Source: an uncultured Micromonosporaceae bacterium (GTDB taxonomy: Bacteria > Actinomycetota > Actinomycetes > Mycobacteriales > Micromonosporaceae). From it: a stretch of 64,000 nt of DNA. Shown here piece by piece: positions 1 through 9,510 of the stretch. Under the pieces are notes generated by a model, which saw nothing but the letters and a program-made list of their open reading frames with translations, had not been told where the DNA came from and searched no databases. The stretch covers positions 24,343 to 88,342 of the forward strand of contig CAYTMR010000001.1 of the NCBI GenBank assembly GCA_964438855.1, in the 5' to 3' direction. The position numbers and the translations under genes are program-made. Each line of letters starts with the position of its first letter. Position 1 is the first letter of the stretch.

Positions 1-600
1 TTCGGTCGCGCCTTCGGTTTCGAAGGCGCCCGGCGCCAACGCGTTGATGCGCAGGCCCCGTGGCCCCCATTCGACGGCCAGGGAACGGATGAGCGCCTCC
101 AGGCCCGCCTTCGCCGCGCTGGAGTGGGCCGCCCCGGGCACCTCCCGGGCGGCGAGCGCGCTCGACACCATCAGCGCGGCGCCCGGGGTGCCGGCCGCCA
201 ACAACGGCTGCGCCCAACGCCGCAGGACGTGGAACGGCCCCGTCAGGCTGGACGCCACCACCGCGGCGAACCCGTTCGGGGAGATGTTCTCCGCGGCGGC
301 GAGGAACGCCCCGCTCGCGGCGTTGACCAACAGCGGGATGGGGCCGTTCGCTTCGGCCGCGGTGAACGCCGCCTCCACCTGCTCCGGGTCACGGATGTCG
401 GCGACGTGCGGAACGACGCGGGCGTCGCCGGCCAGCTCCACCGTCTCCTCGAGACGGTGGAGCCTGCGCGCGACTATGTGTACTTCCACCCCTGCCCGGG
501 CCAGCGCGAGCGCGATGTCGCGGCCGATGCCGCTGGAGGCACCGGTCACCAGCGCGCGGTCGGCAACCGGGGTGTACGGCGGTGGGAAGTAGTGCACCAC
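1..600 (-). CDS. SDR oxidoreductase, 2,4-dienoyl-CoA reductase-like (3' end off window)
   Basis: Hand translation from GTG at 600: MVHYFPPPYTPVADRALVTGASSGIGRDIA (TGxxxGxG), LVNAASG, HSSAAKAGLEALIRSLAVEWGPRGLRINALAPG. His replaces the usual Tyr, as in dienoyl-CoA reductase-type SDRs. Not in the ORF track. Confidence 0.85.
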   Translation of the reverse strand, partial: MVHYFPPPYTPVADRALVTGASSGIGRDIALALARAGVEVHIVARRLHRLEETVELAGDARVVPHVADIRDPEQVEAAFTAAEANGPIPLLVNAASGAFLAAAENISPNGFAAVVASSLTGPFHVLRRWAQPLLAAGTPGAALMVSSALAAREVPGAAHSSAAKAGLEALIRSLAVEWGPRGLRINALAPGAFETEGATE

Positions 601-605
601 GCCGA

Positions 606-1811
606 TCAGCCGAGCCTTTCGATGATGGTGGCGTTGGCCATGCCGCCGCCCTCGCACATGGTCTGGAGCCCGAACCGGCCCCCGGTCCGCTCGAGGACGT
701 TCAGGAGCGTGGCCATCAGCTTCGCACCGGAGGCACCGAGCGGGTGGCCGTTGGCGATCGCGCCACCGTGGACGTTGACCTTCGACATGTCGGCACCGGT
801 CTCCTTCTCCCAGGCGAGCAGCACCGGCGCGAACGCCTCGTTCACCTCGAAGGCGTCGATGTCGGCCATGGTCATGCCGGCCCGCTCGAGGATCCGGTGG
901 GTCGCGGGGATGACGCCCGTGAGCATGAGGACCGGATCGTCACCGACGACGGCGAAGTGCCGGATGGCGGCCCGCGGGGTGAGGCCCAGCTGCCGCGCCC
1001 GCTCGGCCGACATGATGAGCACGGCCGCGGCCCCGTCGGAGATCTGCGACGCGTTACCCGCGGTCACCACCCACGGTAGTTCCGGGTAGCGCTGGGCGAG
1101 CTCTTCGCTGTAGAACGCCGGCTTCAGCCCGCCCAGGATCTCCGGGGTGGTCTCCGGGCGGATGCCCTCGTCGCTCTTCAGGAGCTCGTCGGTGCGCCCC
1201 TCCCCCCGGTCCACGGCGACCGGCACGATCTCGCGGTCGAAGTACCCCGCGGCCGTCGCCTCCGCGGCCCGGCGGTGGGATTCGGCGGAGAACTCGTCCA
1301 CCGCCCGCCGGGACAGGCCCCACTTGGCGGCGATGAGTTCGGCGGAGATGCCCTGGTTGACCAGGCCGCCCCGGTCACGGTAGCGCTCCGCCACCTTGGG
1401 GCCGGCGGGGTCTTTGCCCTGGGCCGAGGAGAACATCGGTACTCGCGACATCGACTCCACCCCGGCGGCGATGACGATGTCGTACACCCCGGCCATGACG
1501 CCCTGGGCGGCGAAGTGGACCGCCTGCTGCGAGGAACCGCACTGCCGGTCGACGGACGTCGCGGGCACGGACTCCGGGAAGCCGGCCGCGAGCACCCCGT
1601 GCCGGGCGATGTTGAACGCCTGCTCGCCGGCCTGCGAGACGCAGCCGGTGATGACGTCGTCGATCTGCGCCGGGTCGATGCCGGTGCGGTCGACCAGCGC
1701 CTTGAGGACTTCCCCGAGCAGATCGGCGGGGTGCCAGCCGGAGAGCGCACCACCCGGCTTGCCCCTGCCGATCGGTGTGCGGATGGCATCGACGATGACG
1801 GCTTCTCGCAT
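606..1811 (-). CDS. Thiolase (acetyl-CoA C-acyltransferase)
   Basis: DRQCGSS, NEAF, GHPLGASG and CEGGG thiolase motifs; GAGGAG RBS upstream. Confidence 0.95.
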   Translation of the reverse strand: MREAVIVDAIRTPIGRGKPGGALSGWHPADLLGEVLKALVDRTGIDPAQIDDVITGCVSQAGEQAFNIARHGVLAAGFPESVPATSVDRQCGSSQQAVHFAAQGVMAGVYDIVIAAGVESMSRVPMFSSAQGKDPAGPKVAERYRDRGGLVNQGISAELIAAKWGLSRRAVDEFSAESHRRAAEATAAGYFDREIVPVAVDRGEGRTDELLKSDEGIRPETTPEILGGLKPAFYSEELAQRYPELPWVVTAGNASQISDGAAAVLIMSAERARQLGLTPRAAIRHFAVVGDDPVLMLTGVIPATHRILERAGMTMADIDAFEVNEAFAPVLLAWEKETGADMSKVNVHGGAIANGHPLGASGAKLMATLLNVLERTGGRFGLQTMCEGGGMANATIIERLG

Positions 1812-1941
1812 CAAAACTCCTCGTTGTCGGCCCGTTCGCGGGTTGGTCGTCCCTGCGTCGGACGGCCTGCTAGGGGTACGGTCTGTTGTACAGCAGACAC
1901 TGACTGTTGGTGGCGCTCGCGGGTGCGGGCAGGGACGGCGA

Positions 1942-2526
1942 TCACTGCCGGGCCCCGACCTTGCCCACGAGGCGCCAGGTGGCCGGGAGGGCTGCCGCGG
2001 CGGCAGCGATCTTCACGGCGTCGCCCACGAGGAAGGGCACGACTCCCACGGCGATCGCCGTGACCAGTCCCATCCCGGTGACGGCCATGAGCCCCACGAC
2101 GCCGCACGCGTAGATGACCAGGTTGCCCACCGCCATGAGCAGTGCGGCCTTCGGCACGCTGCGGTCGCCGCCCGCGCGGGCCCACCGCCCCACGAGCAGC
2201 GCCGCGACGAAGAAGCCGGCGAGGTAGCCGAGCGTCGCCCCACCGGTGACCGCGAACCAGGGGACGCCGAACGCCCCGATCGCGAGGTAGGACGCCACCC
2301 CCGCGGCGCTGCGCAGGGGGCCCAGGGCGGCGGCGCCGAGCAGGACGACGAAGGTCTGCAGGGTGATCGGCACCGGGCTGAACGGCAGCGGCACGGCTAG
2401 CTGCGCGGATACCGCGATTGCCAGCACATAGGCGGCGACACAGGAGACTTGGGCGAGGCGGGAGGTCACGAGGAGGTCCACCAGGACCCGACCTCGGGTG
2501 GAAACGGCCGCCGCAGTCATGATCAT
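1942..2526 (-). CDS. bioY: Biotin transporter BioY
   Basis: PFSPVPITLQTFVVLLGAAALG, GYLAGF, PFLVGDAVK; AGGAGG RBS before ATG at 2526. Confidence 0.92.
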   Translation of the reverse strand: MIMTAAAVSTRGRVLVDLLVTSRLAQVSCVAAYVLAIAVSAQLAVPLPFSPVPITLQTFVVLLGAAALGPLRSAAGVASYLAIGAFGVPWFAVTGGATLGYLAGFFVAALLVGRWARAGGDRSVPKAALLMAVGNLVIYACGVVGLMAVTGMGLVTAIAVGVVPFLVGDAVKIAAAAAALPATWRLVGKVGARQ

Positions 2527-2536
2527 CGCCTCCTGA

Positions 2537-2556
2537 TTTACTAATCGGTAAGTAAA
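2537..2556. promoter_or_regulatory. Palindromic operator TTTACT-N8-AGTAAA upstream of bioY
   Basis: TTTACTAATCGGTAAGTAAA is an AT-rich inverted repeat in a high-GC context; related site at 5681-5700. Confidence 0.55.
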
Positions 2557-2557
2557 A

Positions 2558-3757
2558 CTAATTGGCGCCGGTGGCGGTGTCAAGGCCGCCCTGCGCCATC
2601 GCACCGTCCTGGGCCACCGCGACCGCGCCGCTGGCACGCAGTTCCGCAATCTGCTGCGCGCCGTACCCGAGCTCGGTCAGGATGGCCACTGTGTCCTCAC
2701 CGTACGCCGGGGCGGGCCGCCGGATCGTGCCCGGCGTCCGGGAGAAGCGCGGGGCGGGCGCTGGCTCCGGCACCCCCGCCACGTCCACGAACGTTCCGCG
2801 CTCGGCCAGGTGCGGGTGGTGCGGCGCTTCCTCCGGAGTCAGGACCGGCGTGACGCACGCGTCGACGTCGGCGAACGCACGTACCCACTCCTCTTGGGTG
2901 CGCTGGCGGAAAATCTCGGCCAGCCGCTGCTTCTGCGCGCCCCATGACGCCGGGTCGTGCTGGGGGAACTCCGCCGGATCCAGCCGCAGTACCGCCAGGA
3001 AGCGCTCATAGAACTGCGGCTCGATCGGGCCGACGGCGATGAACCGCCCGTCGGCGGTCTCGTAGGTGTCGTAGAACGGCGCGGCGCCATCGAGCAGGTT
3101 GTTGGCGCGCTCCCGATTCCAGATCCCGATCCGCAGCAAGCCGTGCAGGTAGGCCGTCAGTGAGGCCACACCGTCCACCATGGCGACGTCGACCACCTGT
3201 CCGGCCCCGGACTGCTGCCGCTCGAACAGGGCCGCCAGGACCCCGAGGGCGAGGAACGTCCCGCCACCCCCGAAATCGGCGACCAGGTTCATCGGCGGTG
3301 GCGGTGGTTCCCCGCGGCGGCCGATCCCGTACAGGGCACCGGCCACGGCGGCGTAGTTGATGTCGTGCCCGGCCTTGTCCGCCAGGGGACCGTTCTGCCC
3401 CCACCCCGTCATCCGGGCGAACACCAGCCGCGGGTTACGCGCGAGGCAGACGTCCGGCCCGAACCCCAGTCGCTCGGCGACCCCGGGCCGGAACCCTTCC
3501 ACCAGCACGTCCGCGGTGTCCACCAATTCGAGCAGCACCTGCAGCCCGGCGGGACTCTTGAGGTCGATGGCGATCGAGCGGCGGTTACGGGACATGCCGA
3601 TGTTGGTGACTTCCGTCCCCGGCTTCCCCTGCGCCGCGGCGACCCGGTCGACGCGGATGACCTCGGCGCCAAGGTCAGCGAGCAGCATGACCCCGTACGG
3701 CGTGGGCCCGAGGCCACTCAACTCGATGATCCGGACACCTGCCAGCGGTCCTGTCAC
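2558..3757 (-). CDS. CaiB/BaiF CoA-transferase family III / alpha-methylacyl-CoA racemase-like
   Basis: GPLAGVRIIEL, ADLGAEVIRVD, EGFRPGVAERLG, GHDINY, ADFGGG. Confidence 0.93.
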   Translation of the reverse strand: MTGPLAGVRIIELSGLGPTPYGVMLLADLGAEVIRVDRVAAAQGKPGTEVTNIGMSRNRRSIAIDLKSPAGLQVLLELVDTADVLVEGFRPGVAERLGFGPDVCLARNPRLVFARMTGWGQNGPLADKAGHDINYAAVAGALYGIGRRGEPPPPPMNLVADFGGGGTFLALGVLAALFERQQSGAGQVVDVAMVDGVASLTAYLHGLLRIGIWNRERANNLLDGAAPFYDTYETADGRFIAVGPIEPQFYERFLAVLRLDPAEFPQHDPASWGAQKQRLAEIFRQRTQEEWVRAFADVDACVTPVLTPEEAPHHPHLAERGTFVDVAGVPEPAPAPRFSRTPGTIRRPAPAYGEDTVAILTELGYGAQQIAELRASGAVAVAQDGAMAQGGLDTATGAN

Positions 3758-3837
3758 GATCCCTCCACCTGTTCGCGTACCGCCACCGAGTCTGCCGTGC
3801 CGGGGCGGCGCCGGCCCCTCCCCCGGCGGCGATCCGC

Positions 3838-5613
3838 TTACTCGATGCGGGCGAGCACCGCGCCCTGCTCGACCGAGTCACCGGCGGCGTAGGCCACGTC
3901 GGCGAGCGCGCCGCTGCGGTGGGCCCGGACGGGGTACTCCATCTTCATCGCCTCGACGATGCAGACGACGTCCCCCTCCTCGACCTTCGCCCCCTCCTCG
4001 AGCAGGTACTTCACCACGACTCCCTGCATGGGCGCCCGCAGCACCGGCTCGTCCGTCCCGCCCTGGGCAACCTGCTGGGAGCTGCGGGTGCGGCGCCGAG
4101 GCACGGCGGCGGTACGGTCATCGACCCGCGTCCGGCCGTAGACCGTGACCACAATCTGACGTCCGTCGACGTTAAACTCCACGTCCCGCGCCACCTGCTG
4201 CGGGTACGGGTCGGATGGTGTCATCGTCCTTCCCATCTGACTCGGCATCGACTGCTGCTCACCGAGGGCCGCCGACAGATCCCACTCCTGCTCGACCGAG
4301 ATCGTGGTGTGCTCCGCGGCCGCGAACTGCGGGTGCGTCAGCGCGACCTTGTGGAAGGGGAGCGTGGTGCTGATCCCTTCGATGAGGAAGTCGTCGAGGG
4401 CACGCGTCATTCGTGCCCTGGCCAGGTCCCGGTCCTCGGCCCAGACAATGAGCTTGCCGATCATCGAGTCGTATTCGCGTGGGACCTCGTACCCGGCCTC
4501 TGCCACGCCGTCGAACCGGATCCAGGGGCCCTGCGGAACGCGGACGTCGGTCAACTCGCCCGGCATCGGGACGAACCCGTTGGCCGGATCCTCCGCGTTG
4601 ATCCGGACCTCGATCGCGTGCCCCCGCAGGTTCACCTGCTCCTGGGTGAGGCCCATGCCGTCGCCGGCGGCGATCCGCAGCTGCGCGTGGACGAGGTCGA
4701 CGCCGGTGACCAGCTCGGTCACCGGGTGCTCCACCTGGAGCCGGGTGTTCATCTCCAGGAAGTAGAACTGGTCCCCTTCGACGAGGAACTCGCACGTACC
4801 GGCGTTGACGTACCCGATGTGGCGGGCCAGCCGGACCGCCGCGGCCGCCATCGCCTCCCGCACCGCCGGGCTGATGCCCGGGGCGGGGGCTTCCTCCACG
4901 AGTTTCTGGTGCCGACGCTGCAGCGAGCAGTCCCGGTCCCCGAGGTGGATCGTGGTGCCGTCCTGGTCGGCGAGCACCTGGACCTCGACGTGGCGCGGGC
5001 GTTCGAGATAGCGCTCCACATAGCACTCACCCCGCCCGAAGGCGACCTGCGCTTCCCGCCGGGCCGATTCGAGGGCGTTGACGAGCTCTTCGGGGCTGCG
5101 CGCCACCTTCATCCCCCGGCCACCGCCACCGAACACGGCCTTGACCGCCACGGGGTAGCCGTGGGTCTCCGCGAACCGGAGCGCGGCCTCGGGGTCGTCC
5201 GCGGGCAGGTCGGTGCCGGGTACGACCGGGACCCCGGCCTCCTGGGCGATACGGCGGGCGGAGAGCTTGTCCCCCATCGCCGCGATCGCCTCGGCGGGCG
5301 GGCCGACAAAGGCGAAGCCCGCCTCCACGACGGCGCGGGCGAAGTCCGCGTTCTCCGCGAGGAACCCGTAGCCCGGGTGGATCGCGTCGACCCCGGCCTG
5401 CTGGGCGACCTGCAGGATTTTCTCGATGTTGAGGTAGCTTTCGGCCGCGGGCGCTGGCCCGAGCAGGTAGGCCTCGTCCGCCGCCCGTACGTGGGGGGCG
5501 TGCTGGTCGGCCTCGGAGTAGACAGCGACGCTTCTTACGCCCAACTCGCGTAGGGCGCGGATGATCCTGAGGGCGATTTCTCCTCGGTTCGCAACCAGAA
5601 CAGCGTCGAACAT
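3838..5613 (-). CDS. Acyl-CoA carboxylase alpha subunit (biotin carboxylase + BCCP)
   Basis: ANRGEIA, HPGYGFLAEN, GGGGRGM, RDCSLQRRHQK, EMNTRLQVEHPVTE, biotinyl motif EAMKM. Confidence 0.95.
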   Translation of the reverse strand: MFDAVLVANRGEIALRIIRALRELGVRSVAVYSEADQHAPHVRAADEAYLLGPAPAAESYLNIEKILQVAQQAGVDAIHPGYGFLAENADFARAVVEAGFAFVGPPAEAIAAMGDKLSARRIAQEAGVPVVPGTDLPADDPEAALRFAETHGYPVAVKAVFGGGGRGMKVARSPEELVNALESARREAQVAFGRGECYVERYLERPRHVEVQVLADQDGTTIHLGDRDCSLQRRHQKLVEEAPAPGISPAVREAMAAAAVRLARHIGYVNAGTCEFLVEGDQFYFLEMNTRLQVEHPVTELVTGVDLVHAQLRIAAGDGMGLTQEQVNLRGHAIEVRINAEDPANGFVPMPGELTDVRVPQGPWIRFDGVAEAGYEVPREYDSMIGKLIVWAEDRDLARARMTRALDDFLIEGISTTLPFHKVALTHPQFAAAEHTTISVEQEWDLSAALGEQQSMPSQMGRTMTPSDPYPQQVARDVEFNVDGRQIVVTVYGRTRVDDRTAAVPRRRTRSSQQVAQGGTDEPVLRAPMQGVVVKYLLEEGAKVEEGDVVCIVEAMKMEYPVRAHRSGALADVAYAAGDSVEQGAVLARIE

Positions 5614-5680
5614 CTCAGCCTCTCGGATGTGGGCGTCGCCAGTGGGCGCTTTACCGTGCCAGTGCAGGCCAGTCTAGACA

Positions 5681-5700
5681 CCGACTGACCGTTCAGTAAA
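5681..5700. promoter_or_regulatory. Imperfect palindromic operator upstream of the carboxylase gene
   Basis: CCGACTGACCGTTCAGTAAA; its reverse complement TTTACTGAACGGTCAGTCGG resembles the site at 2537-2556. Confidence 0.5.
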
Positions 5701-5903
5701 CAGTGGTGGCCACGCGACATTACTGAGCAACCTGACAGATACCGTGAGTGACCGTTTCGGGAGATCGTCACGGTTACGGCGGGACTGGTGCGTCACGCGA
5801 GGGTCGGCGGCCCGCTCACCCGGACCCCGCGGTAACCGGCGGCCCGCCCGGTACCTCCCCACCCCACGCGGCGTACGAGAATTCTCACCACCGCGGCAGC
5901 GGA

Positions 5904-5930
5904 TGTCGGATCACGGCGGCGGCGTTCGTA
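5904..5930 (+). promoter_or_regulatory. Putative ECF42-type promoter (TGTCGG-N17-CGTA)
   Basis: Near the TGTCGA...CG(A/T)C motif known for ECF42 autoregulated promoters; lies directly upstream of the YciI-ECF operon. Confidence 0.5.
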
Positions 5931-5983
5931 GGCAAGGTGAAAGGCGGCCTGACGGGGCGGCCACGGCAGCAGGAGATCATTCC

Positions 5984-6316
5984 ATGGCGCAGTACCTGAT
6001 TTCGGTCCTCGACGACACCACCAACTCCGCCACCGCGAAAGAGATCGCCGCCATCGACGAGTTCAACCGGCAGCTCAAGGCCGACGGCCATGGGGGCTTC
6101 GCCGGCGGGCTCGCGGCGCCCAGCACCGCCACGGTCGTGGACGGTCGAGGCGACGAGCCGGTGTTCACCGACGGGCCCTACCTGGAGTCGAAGGAGTACA
6201 TCGGCGGGTTCTGGATCATCGAGGCCCCCCACCTCGACGTGGCGCGGCGGCTCGCCGCGCTCGGCTCGAAACACTGCAACCGGAGGGTGGAGCTCCGGCC
6301 GTTCCTGGGCGCATGA
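5984..6316 (+). CDS. YciI/DGPF family protein
   Basis: TDGPYLESKEYIGGFWII...VELRPF; AGGAG RBS; stop overlaps the sigma factor start. Confidence 0.9.
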   Translation: MAQYLISVLDDTTNSATAKEIAAIDEFNRQLKADGHGGFAGGLAAPSTATVVDGRGDEPVFTDGPYLESKEYIGGFWIIEAPHLDVARRLAALGSKHCNRRVELRPFLGA

Positions 6317-7533
6317 CCGACGTCCAGGAGGTGATCACCCGGGTCCACCGCGCCGAGTGGGCCCGGGTGGTCGCGACCCTGGCCCGACGCTTCGGGGATC
6401 TCGACCTGGCGGAAGAGATGGCCGCCGAAGCGTTCGCGACCGCGGTCGCCCACTGGCCGGTCGCGGGTGTCCCTCCCAACCCCGGAGGGTGGCTCACCAC
6501 CACCGCCCACCGCAAAGCCATCGACCGCCTCCGGCGTGAGGCGAAGCGCGAGGAAAAGCACCAGGAGGCGCTGATGCTCTCCCACCCTCCGGAACCGCGG
6601 GGCGTCATCGACGACGACCGGCTCCGCCTCATCTTCACCTGCTGCCATCCCGCACTCGCGATGGAAGCGCGGGTCGCGTTGACCCTCCGGATGGTCGGTG
6701 GGCTCACCGTGGCCGAGATCGCCCGCGCGTTCCTGGTCCAGGAAAGCGCCATGAGTCGGCGGATCACCCGCGCCAAGGCAAAGATCAAGGCGGCGCGGAT
6801 CCCCTACCGGGTGCCGTTACGGGAGGACCTCCCGGACCGGGTCAGCGGGGTGCTCGCGGTCCTCTACCTGATCTTCAACGAGGGCTACCTGGCCTCCGAC
6901 CCGGCGAAGGAGGCGGTCCGCGGCGACCTGACCGCGGAGGCGATCCGACTGACCCGGCTGCTCCACGAGTTGCTGCCCACCGACGGCGAGGTCGCGGGGC
7001 TCCTGGCGCTGATGCTGCTGACAGAGGCCCGGCGCCCCGCGCGGGTGTCGGCGAGCGGGGAGCTCGTCACCATCGACGCACAGGACCGCAGCCGCTGGGA
7101 CCGCGCGCTGATCGCCGAGGGCCACGCCCTGGTCCGGGCGCGCCTCGCCTCCGGCCAGGCGCCGGGGCGTTACCAGATCCTCGCCGCGATCAACGCCGTC
7201 CACACCGATGCCCGCGACGCCCGGGACACCGACTGGTCGCAGGTGGTCGCCCTCTACGACCAGCTGCTCCGCCTCGACCCTTCGCCGATCGTCCGGCTCA
7301 ACCGGGCGATCGCGATCGCGGAGCTCGACGGCCCGCAGGCCGCGCTGGCCGAGGTGGACCGCCTGCCGTTGGCGAACTACCACCCCTACCACGCCACCCG
7401 TGCCGACCTGCTACGCCGACTGGGACGCCGCCAGGAGGCGCGGGCGGCCTACGACCGGGCCATCACGCTGACCGGTAACACCGCGGCGGCGGCGTACCTC
7501 ATCCGCCGCCGTGACCAGTTGGGTGAGCCGTGA
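6313..7533 (+). CDS. ECF sigma-70 factor with C-terminal DUF6596/TPR extension (ECF42-like)
   Basis: DDRLRLIFTCCHPAL, VLYLIFNEGY, PGRYQILAAINAVH, TPR-like end; paired with YciI. Confidence 0.92.
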   Translation: MTDVQEVITRVHRAEWARVVATLARRFGDLDLAEEMAAEAFATAVAHWPVAGVPPNPGGWLTTTAHRKAIDRLRREAKREEKHQEALMLSHPPEPRGVIDDDRLRLIFTCCHPALAMEARVALTLRMVGGLTVAEIARAFLVQESAMSRRITRAKAKIKAARIPYRVPLREDLPDRVSGVLAVLYLIFNEGYLASDPAKEAVRGDLTAEAIRLTRLLHELLPTDGEVAGLLALMLLTEARRPARVSASGELVTIDAQDRSRWDRALIAEGHALVRARLASGQAPGRYQILAAINAVHTDARDARDTDWSQVVALYDQLLRLDPSPIVRLNRAIAIAELDGPQAALAEVDRLPLANYHPYHATRADLLRRLGRRQEARAAYDRAITLTGNTAAAAYLIRRRDQLGEP

Positions 7534-7569
7534 CCCCGCCGTCGCGCAGGCGACCAGCGCCGGCGAGGA

Positions 7570-8148
7570 TCAACTGGTCGTCTCCCGCGGCAGGACGGTC
7601 AGGACCCGCACGATATGGTCCCGGAACTCCGCCATGTAGCCGGCGAGGAAGTCCCTTGTGGATGGATCGGCGACCTCGCCGTTGCCGGGGAAAATCTCCG
7701 GGGTGTACTTGATGTACGCCTCGGGCGCGGTCATCTGCCGGGCGTTGCAGAACGCGAGCACCCCTCGCAGGCTCTGTTGGGCCACGGCGGTGCCGATCTG
7801 TCCGATGGAGGCGCCGATCACTCCGGCCGGGATGTGGTCGAACGAGTTCTGGCCGTACGGTCGGGAGGCCCAGTCGATGGCGTTCTTCAACGGACCGGGG
7901 ATCGACCGGTTGTATTCGGGGGTGATGAACAGGACCGCGTCGACCTGACGGATGGCGTCCTTGAGGGCGGCCGCCTCCGGCGGGTAGTTGTCGTCGTAGT
8001 CCCGGTTGTACAGCGGCAGGTTCCCGATCGGGATCTCGGTGAACTCGAGGCCTTCCGGAGCCAGCCGGATCAGGACCTTCGAAAGCTCCCGGTTGATGGA
8101 CGTGGCCGAGAGGCTACCGACGAAGTAGCCGACCTTGTACGTGCGCAT
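7570..8148 (-). CDS. NADPH-dependent FMN reductase (ChrR-like)
   Basis: VGSLSATSINR, TPEYNRSIPGPLKNAIDWASRPYG. Confidence 0.93.
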   Translation of the reverse strand: MRTYKVGYFVGSLSATSINRELSKVLIRLAPEGLEFTEIPIGNLPLYNRDYDDNYPPEAAALKDAIRQVDAVLFITPEYNRSIPGPLKNAIDWASRPYGQNSFDHIPAGVIGASIGQIGTAVAQQSLRGVLAFCNARQMTAPEAYIKYTPEIFPGNGEVADPSTRDFLAGYMAEFRDHIVRVLTVLPRETTS

Positions 8149-8282
8149 GTGTCCCCCATCGATAGTTGGTCCGACCGGGTGCCGGTTCAAGTCTGAACCA
8201 GCCCATATGCGCACGGGTGAGGTTTACGCAACTTGCCACCCGCTCGGGCGCAACGAGCGGACCGGCCACCACGCCCCTGCGC

Positions 8283-9351
8283 TCACCACGAGTGCGGAAG
8301 CGGCTGCGGCTGCCACCGCACCTGATTGCCGTGGGGGTGCTGGTCGCCAACAGCAGGCGCTGCTTCACCGGCCACAGCTCACAGATCAGCTCCATGACAT
8401 TCGTGTCCTCCGCGCGGGGCTCCCGCGACACCCGGGCCAGTGGCCGGCCGGTGGTGGCGGCATGCTGCCGGATCAGTTCACCGAACCGGGCCCGTTCCTC
8501 CGGGGCGAGGTAGTGCATCACGAACGAATGGAAGACGACGGTCGTCCGGCCGGGTGGGGCACGGGGCAGTTGGTGCGCGATCCACGCGCAGGCGTCTGCG
8601 GCGTCAATCTGCAGCCCGGGGGGACGAGCGGGCGATCGCCAACGCCGCCTCGAGTCGACGGGCTCGTTCGACGTGCTCCGGCTAGAGAAAGGAAAGGAGT
8701 AGCCGCCTGCCCGCGGGATCGTGGGCATCGATCGGATGGGGGGCGCAACCACGCCTTCCGCGATGGTGAGCGTCGCGGGGCGGGGACTCCCGGAGGCGAA
8801 GTGGCCGGTCAACCGCAGCGGTGAGTCCGCCGGTCCCCAGTTGGTGTCGCCGCTGGCGACGAAGTAGCGGTCCATGAGGAGGTTGAGACCGCGCTAGCGC
8901 CCACTTCGAGCAGGTGGAGCGGTTGGTCGAGGGTGAGCGCGACCTGGTTCAACGCGGCCGACAGCGGCGCGGCACGCCCCACCTCGTTGGTCTGCACGGG
9001 CATACGCATCTCTTCCCGGACCGCCGCCAGGTTGGCCCGGAGGAAATCCAGAAACGCGGGCACGACCCGCTCCGGATCAGTGTGCCCACCGAAGATCGGG
9101 TAGTACGCCGTGAGCCAGCGCGCGGACTCCGCCATCGCGAGCCGGTTCACGGCGCAAATCAGCCGCAGACACAACGCGGACCGGATCGGGTCACCCCCGT
9201 CACTGAGGAACAGCTCCGTGAGCTCGTCATCGGCGCCGAGCCGCGCGATCAGCGCGGTGATGAGCGCCTCGTACGTCGGGGTGTCGTTCTTGCGGCACAC
9301 CTCCCGCTACCATTCGCACCCCGCCCGTACCTGATCGATCGATATGCCCAT
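8283..9351 (-). pseudogene. DUF2332 family pseudogene
   Basis: QTNEVGR, LLEVGASA/GLNL, RGC..PID, TVVFHSFVMHYL motifs are spread over several frames; in-frame TAG at 9307-9309 and 8682-8684; frameshifts near 8889, 8757, 8620, 8335. Confidence 0.85.
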
Positions 9352-9510
9352 CCCGCCATTACCACTCCACTGTAGTTAGTGTTGCACGGCTTGAGGCGAA
9401 GTCTGATCGGCGCCGAGCAGTCCGCACACCGCGCGGTCGACGTACCCACGTCCTGATTCCGCGGCGCAGAAACCGGCGCTGGGGAGCTCGGGTCTGGCTA
9501 GCATCAGCAA

